From NCBI GenBank assembly GCA_963711565.1, contig CAVQEQ010000003.1:1472001-1536000 (forward strand): 64,000 nt of DNA. Direction: 5' to 3'. The stretch comes from an uncultured delta proteobacterium (lineage in GTDB: Bacteria; Desulfobacterota; Binatia; Binatales; Binataceae). The first letter of the stretch is position 1, and each line of letters opens with the position of its first letter. Position numbers and translations under genes: made by a program. Positions 20,840 to 30,542 of the stretch are shown piece after piece. Under the pieces are notes generated by a model, which made no database searches, was not told the DNA's origin, and saw nothing but the letters and a program-made list of their open reading frames with translations.

Positions 20840-21202
20840 ATGAATCGAGCAAGAAAGCCGATCCAGATTGTACCCAAGGGATGGGGCCGCGAAGTATGGA
20901 TCGCAAACGGCGATCTCTACTGCGGAAAAATCCTGGAAATTCGCAAGGGCAAGAAGTGTTCGCTGCACTTCCACAAGATCAAGACCGAATCGTTCTACCT
21001 GCGCAGTGGCAAACTGATCATTCGTGTAAAGGAGTCGCCGGAAAGCCCGACGCTCGAAGAGTTCGAATTGGTTGCGGGCGAATGCATGGACGTTCCGATC
21101 GGACTGGTGCATCAGATGGAAGCGCTCGAGGACGCCGAGCTGTTTGAATTCTCCACCCAGCACTTCGACAGCGATTCGCATCGGTTGGTCCCCGGCGACT
21201 GA
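20840..21202 (+). CDS. Cupin-domain protein (sugar-phosphate isomerase-like)
   Basis: KGWGRE, SLHFHKIKTESF, PIGLVHQ cupin metal motifs; GGAG SD. Confidence 0.8.
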   Translation: MNRARKPIQIVPKGWGREVWIANGDLYCGKILEIRKGKKCSLHFHKIKTESFYLRSGKLIIRVKESPESPTLEEFELVAGECMDVPIGLVHQMEALEDAELFEFSTQHFDSDSHRLVPGD

Positions 21203-21239
21203 ATAGCGAACCGGCGCAAATCGCTCGATGAGCCTGCAC

Positions 21240-21270
21240 AGGCGCGGCGAGATACGCCGCGCCTTTTTTG
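21240..21270 (+). terminator. Rho-independent terminator
   Basis: AGGCGCGGCG-AGATA-CGCCGCGCCT stem followed by T tract. Confidence 0.8.
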
Positions 21271-21343
21271 TTTGCAGGGGGCTGGTTTTTTGCGCTTGTA
21301 GCGACGTGATATATTTCCCGTCACCGCGCGACGCGGACAACAC

Positions 21344-22360
21344 ATGGCGCAAGTAGCATTAATCACCGGCGTGACCGGACAGGACGGTTCGTATCTCGCC
21401 GAGTTCCTGCTGAATAAGGGCTACGAAGTGCACGGCATGGTGCGCCGCACTTCGAGTTTCGCCACCGGCCGAATCGATCATCTGCGCAAGGGCTTCGGTC
21501 CCGGCTCCGAAGGCCTGCAACTGCACTACGGCGACCTCGGCGACGGCACCGGCCTCCGGCGCATCATCGAGCAGGTGCGTCCCGACGAGGTTTACAATCT
21601 CGCCGCGCAATCGCACGTGCGCATCTCGTTCGATCAACCGGAATACACCGCCGACGTGGTCGGCCTTGGCGCCCTGCGACTGCTTGAGGCGTTGCGCGAT
21701 CACAACAAGCGGCGCGGCCGCGCGGCGAAGCTGTACCAGGCGGGTTCGTCCGAGATGTTCGGCAAGGTAACCGAGAAGCCGCAGCGCGAGACCACGCCGT
21801 TTCACCCGCGCAGTCCCTATGCCTGCGCCAAGGTTTATGCGCACTGGCAGACGGTGAACTACCGCGAGGCCTATGGGCTGTTCGCGTGCAACGGGATCCT
21901 TTTCAACCACGAATCGCCCCGCCGCGGTGAGAATTTCGTGACGCGCAAGATCACGCGCAGCGCTACGCGCATCAAAGTGGGCATCCAGGAAAAGCTCGCA
22001 CTCGGCAACCTCGACGCGCATCGCGACTGGGGCTATGCCGGCGACTACGTCGAGGCGATGTGGCTGATGCTGCAGCAGGATCAGCCCGACGATTACGTAA
22101 TCGCGACCGGCGAGACTCACTCGGTCCAGGAGTTTCTCGAAGTCGTGTTCGATCGGCTGAAACTGAAATGGCAGGATCACGTCGAGATCGACCAGCGATT
22201 TTTCCGTCCCGCGGAAGTCGATCTGCTGATCGGCGACGCCTCGAAGGCGAAGCGCCAACTCGGATGGACGCCCAAAGTTAAGTTCGAGAGACTCGCCGAA
22301 TTGATGATCGAAGCGGATCTCGAACTTGCCGAGCGCGAACTACGCAGCAAGGCGCAGTAG
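21344..22360 (+). CDS. gmd: GDP-mannose 4,6-dehydratase
   Basis: [42 protein letters not shown]. Confidence 0.97.
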   Translation: MAQVALITGVTGQDGSYLAEFLLNKGYEVHGMVRRTSSFATGRIDHLRKGFGPGSEGLQLHYGDLGDGTGLRRIIEQVRPDEVYNLAAQSHVRISFDQPEYTADVVGLGALRLLEALRDHNKRRGRAAKLYQAGSSEMFGKVTEKPQRETTPFHPRSPYACAKVYAHWQTVNYREAYGLFACNGILFNHESPRRGENFVTRKITRSATRIKVGIQEKLALGNLDAHRDWGYAGDYVEAMWLMLQQDQPDDYVIATGETHSVQEFLEVVFDRLKLKWQDHVEIDQRFFRPAEVDLLIGDASKAKRQLGWTPKVKFERLAELMIEADLELAERELRSKAQ

Positions 22361-22380
22361 CAAATTCCTACAAAGTGAAA

Positions 22381-25300
22381 CTAGCCGGCCGCGCGCTTGA
22401 CGGCGGCGGCTTCGAACTCGCGCTCCAGCCGCTCGATGTCCGCCTGTGAGAGGCTGAAATATTTCGCCTCGGGATGATGTAAGACGACTGCGCTGACGGC
22501 GCTCTCCGGGTCCATCATGAAGCCGTCGGTCAACTGCACGCCGATCGCGTTCTTCTCGATTTCGAGCAGCCGGAACAACTGCTGCTGATCCTCCATCCGC
22601 GGGCACGCCGCATAGCCGAACGAGTAACGCTTGCCGTGGTAGTGCGCCTGCACGAGGTCCCTGAGCGAAAGCCCCGGCGCGTCGCCGATTCCCCACATCT
22701 GGCGAATCTTGATATGCAGCAGCTCGGCGAACGCCTCCGCGCCTTCGTTGGCGAGCACCTGCAGGATATGCGATCGGAGATAGTCGCCCTTGTTTTTCCA
22801 ATCCTCGGCGAGCGCGCGCACTCCCGTGCCGATCGTCGTGACGAACATGCACAGGTAATCGGTGCGGCCGGAATCGCGCGCGGCGACGTAGTCTGCCAGG
22901 CACAAATGCGGCGCGTCGCTCTGGCGCCCGAACGTGAACGACTCGATCACCGTCTTGCCGTCCGGCGAATAGATCATGACGGTGCGATCGCCGTCGGATT
23001 GCGCTCGGAAAAATCGGTAAACGGCGTTCGCCGAAATGTCTGCGCGCGCGAGCATCTCCTGCGCGACTTCCTCGACGCGCTCGTGAAGCTCGCGCGCCTT
23101 CGGGTCGCCCGCCTCGAACGCCTCGACATAATTCTGAAAGCCCAGATGCTTGGCGTACAGGCTCTTCGGATTGATGTACTCGAAGATCTCGCCAAGATCG
23201 TAGTTGCGAATCACATGAGTCTTGAGATCGGGCGGCTTCGGAATCTCAACGTCGCGACGCACCGATGAAGTGCGCGGCGTCGCGTCCGCCGGCGCATCTA
23301 CCACCTTCGGCGCCGCCTCGAGCATCTTCTTCGATTGCTCTGCGAGCACGTGCTTGAGCGATTCGCGCCGCTCGAAGTCCATGATCTGATTGGCGAGGTC
23401 CAGCCCGTTCATCGCGTCGTTGGCGTACGCGACCAGGCCGGGATACTCGGGCGCGATTTTCATCCGCGTGAAGCGGTTCGACAGCGCGGCGCCTCCCACC
23501 AGGATCGGACAATCGATCCCCGCGGTCTTCAAGTCCTGCGCCGTCGCGACCATCATCTGCGCCGACTTCACCAGCAGCCCCGACAGCCCAATCGCGTCGG
23601 GACCGTGCTCTCGGAACGCCTTGATCAGTTCCTCGGGCGGCACCTTGATCCCGAGATTAACGACGCGGTAGCCGTTGTTGCTGAGAATAATCTCGACCAG
23701 GTTCTTGCCGATATCGTGAACGTCGCCCTTGACCGTGGCGAGAATAATCTTTCCCTTGGTCGCGCTCTCGGACTTCTCCATGTGCGGTTCGAGATGCGCG
23801 ACCGCGGCCTTCATCGCCTCGGCCGATTGCAGCACTTCGGCCACGATCATCTGGTTGGCGTTGAACAGGCGCCCGACTTCGTCCATCCCCTTCATTAACG
23901 GGCCGTTGATGATTTCGAGCGCGCCGCGCGTTGTCAGCGCCTCGTTCAGGTCGTCGATGAGGCCGTCCTTCGAGCCTTCGAGGATGTAGCGCGCGAGGCG
24001 ATCTTCCAGCGGCATCGACTTGCGATCTTCGGCGGTGACGGTGCTTTTACGCTCGCGAAAATGCGCGGCGAATGCGGCAATGGGATCGTCCCCGCGCCAC
24101 CAGATCAAATCCTCGGCGAGCTTGCGCTCCTCTTCCGGAATCGACGGATAGCGATGCAGCTTCTCTGAATTAACGATCGCGAGATCGAGCCCCGCCTGCA
24201 CGCAATGATAAAGCATCACGGCGTTTAGCACTTCGCGGCCCGCCTCCGGCAATCCGAACGAGACGTTCGAGATACCGAGACTCGTCTTGCATCGGGGCAT
24301 CGCCTCTTTGATCAGCCGAATGCCTTCGATGGTCTCGATGCCGGCGCCGATATAGTTCTTGTCGCCGGTGCCGACCGGGAACACCAGCGGATCGAAGATG
24401 ATGTCTTCGGGCTCGACGCCGTACTTCTCGGTGAGCAGCTTGTACGAGCGCTCGGCGATTTGCAGCTTGCGCTGTCGGGTGACGGCCTGCGCCTGAAGCT
24501 TGTCCTCGTCGATACACATGACGACGAGCGCCGCGCCGTAGCGGTGCGCCAAGCGGATCACGGTCTGGAAGCGCTCGGCCTCCTCGCCGTCCTCGAGATT
24601 GATCGAATTGATCAGCGACTTGCCCGGCGTGCGCTTGAGCGATTCCTCGATCACGCGATGATCAGTCGAGTCGATCATCAGCGGCACTTTGACTTTCTTG
24701 ACCTCGATTTCGAGAAAGCGCGTGACATCCGCCATCTCGTCGCGATCGGGATCTTGCAGGCACACGTCGAGAATGTGCGCGCCGCGCCGCACCTGCACGC
24801 GCCCCACTTCCGAGGCTTCCTCGACCTTGCCCTCCGCGATCAGCCGCTTGAACTTGCGGCTGCCGAGCACGTTGGTCCGCTCGCCGACGATCACCGGCCG
24901 CGTGTCGTTGTCGATTACGAGTGTCTCGATTCCCGAAACGACCGATCGCCTGACCGTCGATCGCTCCCGCGGACGCTTGCCCGCAACCGCCTGTACCAAC
25001 AAGCGGATATGCTCCGGCGTGGTACCGCAGCATCCGCCGACTAAATTAACCCATCCGTTTTCGGCGAAGCGCGCGATCTTCCCCGCGAGCATCGCGGGCG
25101 TCTCATTATAATGTCCCTCTTCGTCAGGCAGCCCGGCGTTGGGCACGCACGCGACGAAAAATTTCGAAATGCCCGACAGCGTGCGTAGATGGTCGGTCAT
25201 GAAATCGGGACCAGTCGCGCAATTGAGCCCCATCCAGAGTAGATCGCGATGTGCGAGCGAAGTGTAAAACGCCTCGATATCCTGCCCGCTCAGCAGCGTG

Positions 25301-25914
25301 CCCATCGTCTCGATCGTTCCCGACACACAGACCGCGGGCGCGACGCCGAGTTTTGCGATCGCGGTCTCAATCGCGACGAGACCGGCCTTGCAGTTGAGCG
25401 TGTCGTTGACCGTTTCGAGGATCAGGATGTCGGCGCCGCCTTCGATCAACCCTTCGGCCTGGATCTGGTAGCCGTCGCGCATCTGATCGAAAGTGACCCC
25501 GCCCGTGACCGAGATACTCTTGGTCGTCGGCCCCATCGATCCCGCCACGAAGCGCGGGCGGTCAGCGGTGCTGAAGCGGGCGGCTTCCTCGCGCGCGAGC
25601 GTCGCAGCGAGCCGGTTGATCTCTCGCGTATCCTGCTCGAGGCCATACTCAGCGAGCACGACAGGACTGGCCTGGAAGCTCGCAGTCTCTATAATGTCGG
25701 CGCCCACTTCGAGAAAGCCGTCGTGCATACGGCGAATCAGGTCAGGCCGCGTGCGCACGACGTTCTCGTTGCATCCTTCGTATCGCGCGCCGCCGTAATC
25801 CGCCGCGCTCAGATTTTCGCCGAGCACAAACGTGCCGAACGCGCCGTCCAGAACAAGAATCCGTTCCGCGAGCATCTCCTTGAGGAGCTTGATCCTGTGC
25901 GCATCGGTGGTCAT
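22381..25914 (-). CDS. metH: Cobalamin-dependent methionine synthase
   Basis: LDGAFGT, GGCCGT, GERTN, KGDVHDIGKN B12-binding motif, C-terminal activation domain. Confidence 0.97.
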   Translation of the reverse strand: MTTDAHRIKLLKEMLAERILVLDGAFGTFVLGENLSAADYGGARYEGCNENVVRTRPDLIRRMHDGFLEVGADIIETASFQASPVVLAEYGLEQDTREINRLAATLAREEAARFSTADRPRFVAGSMGPTTKSISVTGGVTFDQMRDGYQIQAEGLIEGGADILILETVNDTLNCKAGLVAIETAIAKLGVAPAVCVSGTIETMGTLLSGQDIEAFYTSLAHRDLLWMGLNCATGPDFMTDHLRTLSGISKFFVACVPNAGLPDEEGHYNETPAMLAGKIARFAENGWVNLVGGCCGTTPEHIRLLVQAVAGKRPRERSTVRRSVVSGIETLVIDNDTRPVIVGERTNVLGSRKFKRLIAEGKVEEASEVGRVQVRRGAHILDVCLQDPDRDEMADVTRFLEIEVKKVKVPLMIDSTDHRVIEESLKRTPGKSLINSINLEDGEEAERFQTVIRLAHRYGAALVVMCIDEDKLQAQAVTRQRKLQIAERSYKLLTEKYGVEPEDIIFDPLVFPVGTGDKNYIGAGIETIEGIRLIKEAMPRCKTSLGISNVSFGLPEAGREVLNAVMLYHCVQAGLDLAIVNSEKLHRYPSIPEEERKLAEDLIWWRGDDPIAAFAAHFRERKSTVTAEDRKSMPLEDRLARYILEGSKDGLIDDLNEALTTRGALEIINGPLMKGMDEVGRLFNANQMIVAEVLQSAEAMKAAVAHLEPHMEKSESATKGKIILATVKGDVHDIGKNLVEIILSNNGYRVVNLGIKVPPEELIKAFREHGPDAIGLSGLLVKSAQMMVATAQDLKTAGIDCPILVGGAALSNRFTRMKIAPEYPGLVAYANDAMNGLDLANQIMDFERRESLKHVLAEQSKKMLEAAPKVVDAPADATPRTSSVRRDVEIPKPPDLKTHVIRNYDLGEIFEYINPKSLYAKHLGFQNYVEAFEAGDPKARELHERVEEVAQEMLARADISANAVYRFFRAQSDGDRTVMIYSPDGKTVIESFTFGRQSDAPHLCLADYVAARDSGRTDYLCMFVTTIGTGVRALAEDWKNKGDYLRSHILQVLANEGAEAFAELLHIKIRQMWGIGDAPGLSLRDLVQAHYHGKRYSFGYAACPRMEDQQQLFRLLEIEKNAIGVQLTDGFMMDPESAVSAVVLHHPEAKYFSLSQADIERLEREFEAAAVKRAAG

Positions 25915-26009
25915 TGTTGGATGCCCGCAAAGATGCGGGCAGCAACGAACTAAGTTATCCTAGCGATGCAAACCGCGCAATTTTGCCTGATTCGCGTGCG
26001 CTTCTCTCA

Positions 26010-26927
26010 ATGAGCACCAATTCGCAATCGCAAGGACGTCTCGTGCTGGTGACCGGCGGCGCCGGCTTTATCGGATCGCATCTCGTGGACGCGCTCGTCG
26101 CCGCCGGATTGCGCGTGCGGACGATCGACAACTTTGCCACCGGCCGGCGCGATCTCGTGAACCGCGCGGCCGAGATCGTCGAAGGCGATATCCGCGACGC
26201 GTCCTCGATTGAGGGCGCATTCGACGGCGTCGATACCGTCTTCCACGTCGCGGCGCAGCCGCGGATTCCGCTCTCGATCGCCAAGCCGGTCGAAACGCAC
26301 ATGACCAATGTGGTCGGCACGTTGAACGTGCTGATCGCCGCGCGCGATCGCAAGGTGCGGCGCGTCGTGTACTCGGGCTCGTCGTCGGTGTACGGCGACC
26401 AGCCGAAGATTCCGCTGGTCGAGACGATGACGCCGAATCCGCTCAACCCGTACGCGCTGCAAAAGTACGTCAGCGAGCAGTACGCGCGGATGTTCCATCG
26501 GTTGTTCGGGATGCAGACGATCACGCTGCGCTACTTTGGCGTGTACGGCCCGCGGATGCCGCAAGAGGGCTCCTACATGCTGGCGATCGCGGCGTTTCTG
26601 AAGTCGCGCCGCGAGGGCCGCCCGCTCGACATCTACGGCGACGGCGAGCAGACGCGGGACTTCACCCACGTCAGCGACGTGGTGTCCGCCAACATGCTCG
26701 CGATGGACTCCGAGATCGCCGACGGCCGTGCGCTCAACATCGGCCGCGGCGAGAACGTCAGCCTGAATCGAATCGCCGCGATGATCGGCGGCCCGACGGT
26801 CCATCACGAAGCCCGCCCCGGCGACATGCGCGACACGCTCGCAGATCGCACCCAAGCCGCGCGTGTCCTCGGATGGCGCCCCCGCGTCTCGATCGAAGAA
26901 GGCATCGCAGAGCTCCTGAAGGGGTAG
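26010..26927 (+). CDS. NAD-dependent sugar epimerase/dehydratase
   Basis: TGGAGFIGSH, SSSVYG, YALQK, GDGEQTRDF. Confidence 0.9.
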   Translation: MSTNSQSQGRLVLVTGGAGFIGSHLVDALVAAGLRVRTIDNFATGRRDLVNRAAEIVEGDIRDASSIEGAFDGVDTVFHVAAQPRIPLSIAKPVETHMTNVVGTLNVLIAARDRKVRRVVYSGSSSVYGDQPKIPLVETMTPNPLNPYALQKYVSEQYARMFHRLFGMQTITLRYFGVYGPRMPQEGSYMLAIAAFLKSRREGRPLDIYGDGEQTRDFTHVSDVVSANMLAMDSEIADGRALNIGRGENVSLNRIAAMIGGPTVHHEARPGDMRDTLADRTQAARVLGWRPRVSIEEGIAELLKG

Positions 26928-27002
26928 CGACTCAGAACGAATGTAGTCGGATTGCGCGATACTTGATAAACTAGCCGTCCGCAACCGCCGAGGAGAAACA
27001 GA

Positions 27003-27260
27003 ATGGCGAGCTACCTCGAATATCTAAACGCTGCGATGAAGAAAGCCCAATTCGAGCGAATGGAAAATGGAGACTACTTCGGGAGCATTGCCGGGTTCGA
27101 CGGGCTATGGGCAAGCGGACATACGCGCGAAGAAGCGGCCCGTGACCTGTATTCTGCCCTGGATGGCTGGCTCGACGTTCATCTGAGGATTGGCCGGCAA
27201 TCGATTCCACCGGTTGAAGGAGTAGACCTCAACAGTCTTCCGCGGTTGGTTGAGGATTGA
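27003..27260 (+). CDS. hicB: HicB-like antitoxin
   Basis: YFGSIAGFDGLWASGHTREEA..L..AL..W, IP motif. Confidence 0.75.
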   Translation: MASYLEYLNAAMKKAQFERMENGDYFGSIAGFDGLWASGHTREEAARDLYSALDGWLDVHLRIGRQSIPPVEGVDLNSLPRLVED

Positions 27261-27277
27261 AGCACTAGCCGCGATCC

Positions 27278-27514
27278 ATGCCAGGCCTCACGCCCTGTAA
27301 ACGTCGCGAGTTCATCCGCAAGCTTAGAGCACTTCATTATGCCGGACCCTACAGCGGCGGCAATCACAGTTTCATGGAGAGAACGGCCGCGGTAACAATC
27401 TCCGGAGCTGCGCAGACAATCAGAGTACCGAACACGGATCTCGACGACGTTGGATTGCTGAAGCGTATTTTACGAAACGCGGGCATCCCGGACGACGCCT
27501 TCATCAGCGCCTAA
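27278..27514 (+). CDS. hicA: HicA-like toxin
   Basis: FIRKLRAL, GGNHSFM (catalytic His), VPN, LLKRILRNAGI. Confidence 0.75.
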   Translation: MPGLTPCKRREFIRKLRALHYAGPYSGGNHSFMERTAAVTISGAAQTIRVPNTDLDDVGLLKRILRNAGIPDDAFISA

Positions 27515-27553
27515 AAAAAGCGAAGGCCGCTCGGAGTTTTCGATCGGCCTTCG
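27513..27553 (-). terminator. Terminator hairpin between convergent hicA and ADH
   Basis: CGAAGGCCG...CGGCCTTCG stem with A7 on the + strand side (U tract on -). Confidence 0.65.
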
Positions 27554-27564
27554 GTGTATCGGAA

Positions 27565-27600
27565 CCTAACCCTAACCCCTTCCCCTGGTGGAAGGGGAAG
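27565..27600. repeat. REP-like palindrome
   Basis: CCTAACCCTAA-CCCCTTCC-CCTGGT-GGAAGGGG. Confidence 0.45.
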
Positions 27601-27622
27601 CGGATTTGAGAGTCGGTGCGTC

Positions 27623-28708
27623 CTACTCGAACATCAGGACTGTGCGCGCGACTTCGCCGGCCTTCATCGCGCGGAATGCCTCGTTGACATCCTCCAGTTT
27701 GCCGCGCCGCGTGATCATATCGTCGAGGTCGAGCCGCCCTTGCTGATAGAGCTCGATGATGCGCGGCATGTCGATGCGGAAGCGGTTCGACCCCATGAAG
27801 CATCCCTGGATGCGCTTCTCGTACAGCAGCGAGAAGCCCTCGACGTTGACCTTCTGCCCGATCGGGACCATCCCGACGATCGTCGCGATGCCGCCCGAGG
27901 CGAGCGCTTGATAAGCCTGCTCGGCCGCGACCTTGAGTCCGATCGCTTCGAACGAGTACTCGACGCCACCGCCGGTGAGCTCGCGAATCTGAGCTACCGC
28001 GTCGCCCTTCGACGCGTTAACGGCGTGAGTCGCGCCGAGCTTCTTGGCGAGCTCGAGCTTGGAGGCGAACTTGTTGACCGCGATGATCATGCGCGCGCCC
28101 GCGATTCGCGCGCCCTGGATGATCGCGAGGCCGACGCCGCCGGCTCCGAACACGGCGACCGTCGATCCCGGCGCAACCTTCGCGGTGTTGAGCGCGGCGC
28201 CGACGCCCGTCATCACGCCGCATCCGATCAGCGCCGCGCGATCGAGCGGCACGTCGTTGCCAATCTTCACCAGCGCGTTTTCATGCAGCAGCATTTTTTC
28301 CGCGTAGCCCGACAGGTCGGCGAACTGATTGACCATCTTGCCCTTCTGCGAGAGGCGCGGCTTGTCGCCGGCGCCGCGCTGCGTGGCGGCCTTGTTCGAG
28401 CAGAGATTGGGATGGCCCGACATGCAGTCCTCGCAGTAGCCGCAGAAGACCGAGAGGCACGCGATCACGTGATCGCCGGGCTTGAGGTACGAGACCTGCG
28501 ATCCGACTTTCTCGACGACGCCGGCCGCCTCGTGGCCGAGCACCGCGGGCGTCGGCCACATGTAGAGGCCGTCCACGAAATGGAGATCGCTGTGACAGAC
28601 GCCGCTCGCGACCGTGCGCACGACGACTTCGCGCTCTTTGGGTTCGTCGATATCGACCTGCTCGATAGTGAGTGGCTGACCGGGACCGTGGAAGACAGCA
28701 GCTTTCAT
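27623..28708 (-). CDS. Zn-dependent alcohol dehydrogenase (copy B)
   Basis: GVCHSD, GHE, CxxxCxxCxxC..C, GAGGVG. Confidence 0.93.
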   Translation of the reverse strand: MKAAVFHGPGQPLTIEQVDIDEPKEREVVVRTVASGVCHSDLHFVDGLYMWPTPAVLGHEAAGVVEKVGSQVSYLKPGDHVIACLSVFCGYCEDCMSGHPNLCSNKAATQRGAGDKPRLSQKGKMVNQFADLSGYAEKMLLHENALVKIGNDVPLDRAALIGCGVMTGVGAALNTAKVAPGSTVAVFGAGGVGLAIIQGARIAGARMIIAVNKFASKLELAKKLGATHAVNASKGDAVAQIRELTGGGVEYSFEAIGLKVAAEQAYQALASGGIATIVGMVPIGQKVNVEGFSLLYEKRIQGCFMGSNRFRIDMPRIIELYQQGRLDLDDMITRRGKLEDVNEAFRAMKAGEVARTVLMFE

Positions 28709-28753
28709 TTGGATTGCTCCTTGAATTCTATTTTCGTTTCGCGCGGGCGCGAG

Positions 28754-29842
28754 TTAGTTGAACATCAACACCGTGCGCGCGACCTCGCCCGCCTTCATCG
28801 CGCGGAATGCGTCGTTGACGTCTTCGAGTTTGCGGCGCTGGCTGATCATGTCGTCGAGATTGAGGCGCCCCTGCAAGTAGAAGTCGATGTACTTGGGCAT
28901 GTCGATGCGGAAGCGGTTCGAGCCCATGTTCGAGCCTTGCAGTTTGCGCTCGGTGAGAAACATGTAGCCGTCGAGTTCGACCTTCTGGCCGACGGGGATC
29001 ATGCCGATCACGGTTGCGGTGCCGCCGGGCTTGATCGCGAGGAAGGCCTGCTCGGCGACCTTCTTGAGTCCGATCGCTTCGAACGAGTAGTCGACGCCCG
29101 CGCCGTCGGTCAGCTTTCTGATCTCATCGACGGCGTCGCTGCTCGACGCGTCAACGGTGTCGGTCGCGCCCAGCCGCTTGGCCATCGCGAGCTTGCCCTC
29201 AAACATATCGACCGCGATTATCTTGCGCGCACCCGCAATTCGCGCGCCCTGGATTGCCGCGAGTCCGACGCCGCCCGCGCCGAACACCGCGACCGTCGAT
29301 CCGGGCTCGATCTTCGCCGTGTTGAGCACCGCGCCGACGCCGGTGGTGACGCCGCATCCGATGAGCGCGGCGCGATCGAGCGGCAGGTCTTCGCGAATCT
29401 TCACCACCGCGTTCTCATGCAGCAGCATCTTCTCGCAGTACGACGAGATGTCGAGGAACTGGTTGACGGGCTGGCCCTTCTGCGAGATGCGCGGCTTGTC
29501 GCCGGGCTTGCGCTGCGTGGCGGCCTTGTTCGAGCATCGATTCGGATGCCCCGACATGCACTGCTCGCAATTGCCGCAGAACACCGACAGGCAGCAGATC
29601 ACGTGGTCGCCGGGCTTCACGTAGGTCACCTGTTTGCCGACTTCCTCGATGATGCCGGCGGCCTCGTGGCCGAGAACCGCGGGGGCAGCGTATGGGTAGA
29701 GACCTTCGACGAAATGGAGATCGCTGTGGCACACGCCACTCGCAACGGTTTTGATCAGGACTTCGCGGTCCTGCGGTTTGTCGAGTTCGACGTCCTCGAT
29801 ACTGAGGGGCAACTTGGGCCCGTGGAAGACTGCGGCTTTCAT
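28754..29842 (-). CDS. Zn-dependent alcohol dehydrogenase (copy A)
   Basis: Same motifs; close tandem paralogue with the same TCAAGGAGCA RBS. Confidence 0.93.
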   Translation of the reverse strand: MKAAVFHGPKLPLSIEDVELDKPQDREVLIKTVASGVCHSDLHFVEGLYPYAAPAVLGHEAAGIIEEVGKQVTYVKPGDHVICCLSVFCGNCEQCMSGHPNRCSNKAATQRKPGDKPRISQKGQPVNQFLDISSYCEKMLLHENAVVKIREDLPLDRAALIGCGVTTGVGAVLNTAKIEPGSTVAVFGAGGVGLAAIQGARIAGARKIIAVDMFEGKLAMAKRLGATDTVDASSSDAVDEIRKLTDGAGVDYSFEAIGLKKVAEQAFLAIKPGGTATVIGMIPVGQKVELDGYMFLTERKLQGSNMGSNRFRIDMPKYIDFYLQGRLNLDDMISQRRKLEDVNDAFRAMKAGEVARTVLMFN

Positions 29843-29998
29843 TCTGAGTGCTCCTTGAGTGTGGCGATAAAGTTGGCCGCGCGCGCGATTGATGACATCT
29901 GCCGCGCGAGCGCCGTGGCGATCACTTTACTTACCACACTGACGGCGCATTTCCAGCGCTTTCACGCACTGAGTCGGGCGCGCTAGCGATTGTGGCGA

Positions 29999-30427
29999 TC
30001 AGCGCTTGACGAACGAGTATTTCTTTGGCGCGTGCTCGCGAAGATAATTGCGCAGCGAGTCCATGCCCCGGTCGCGAACCGTTGCTTGCCAACCTCGCGC
30101 GGACTTCTCTTCGATCCACCATTCGTTGGCGGCCAGCCTGATATAGACGATCATCGTGTAGCTGATCTCGGCGCTGCCGCGACCGCCAAAATGGGTCAAC
30201 GGCAGGTCGAACTCATCGAACAGTTCCTGCCAGTAAGTCCAGGTCAGGCCAAAAGGCTTTGACGTCGTCGCCGGACCGTCAGGAACATCCTGAGATTTTA
30301 TGTCGAAGCGCCGCATCAACGCTTTCTGCAAGCGGTACGCCGCCTCGGCCTCTGCCGCGAGGGCTCCGTTATCTGTGCTGACCTTGCGCAGCAGTGCGAT
30401 CTTTCGCAGTGCGTCTTCGACGGTCAT
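29999..30427 (-). CDS. Hypothetical protein with DUF2786-like N-terminal helix pair
   Basis: LRKIALLRK...AEAEAA...LMRRFDI resembles DUF2786. Confidence 0.5.
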   Translation of the reverse strand: MTVEDALRKIALLRKVSTDNGALAAEAEAAYRLQKALMRRFDIKSQDVPDGPATTSKPFGLTWTYWQELFDEFDLPLTHFGGRGSAEISYTMIVYIRLAANEWWIEEKSARGWQATVRDRGMDSLRNYLREHAPKKYSFVKR

Positions 30428-30542
30428 CGACTTCCCCAACAGGTTGGCAGTCCCCCCAAATCGGCCGTAAAGTTACCCATATCGCGCGTAAGACGCAAGT
30501 TCCTTTTGATAACTGGTCTAAATTCCAGGAAATGGGTGATCG

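Noticed and set aside
25915-26009. Cobalamin or SAM riboswitch before metH
   Set aside because: Region too short and lacks recognisable core motifs; only a hairpin is reported.
27554-29986. 810-aa + strand ORF
   Set aside because: Antisense shadow of the two Zn-ADH genes; typical of high-GC codon bias and has no recognisable motifs.
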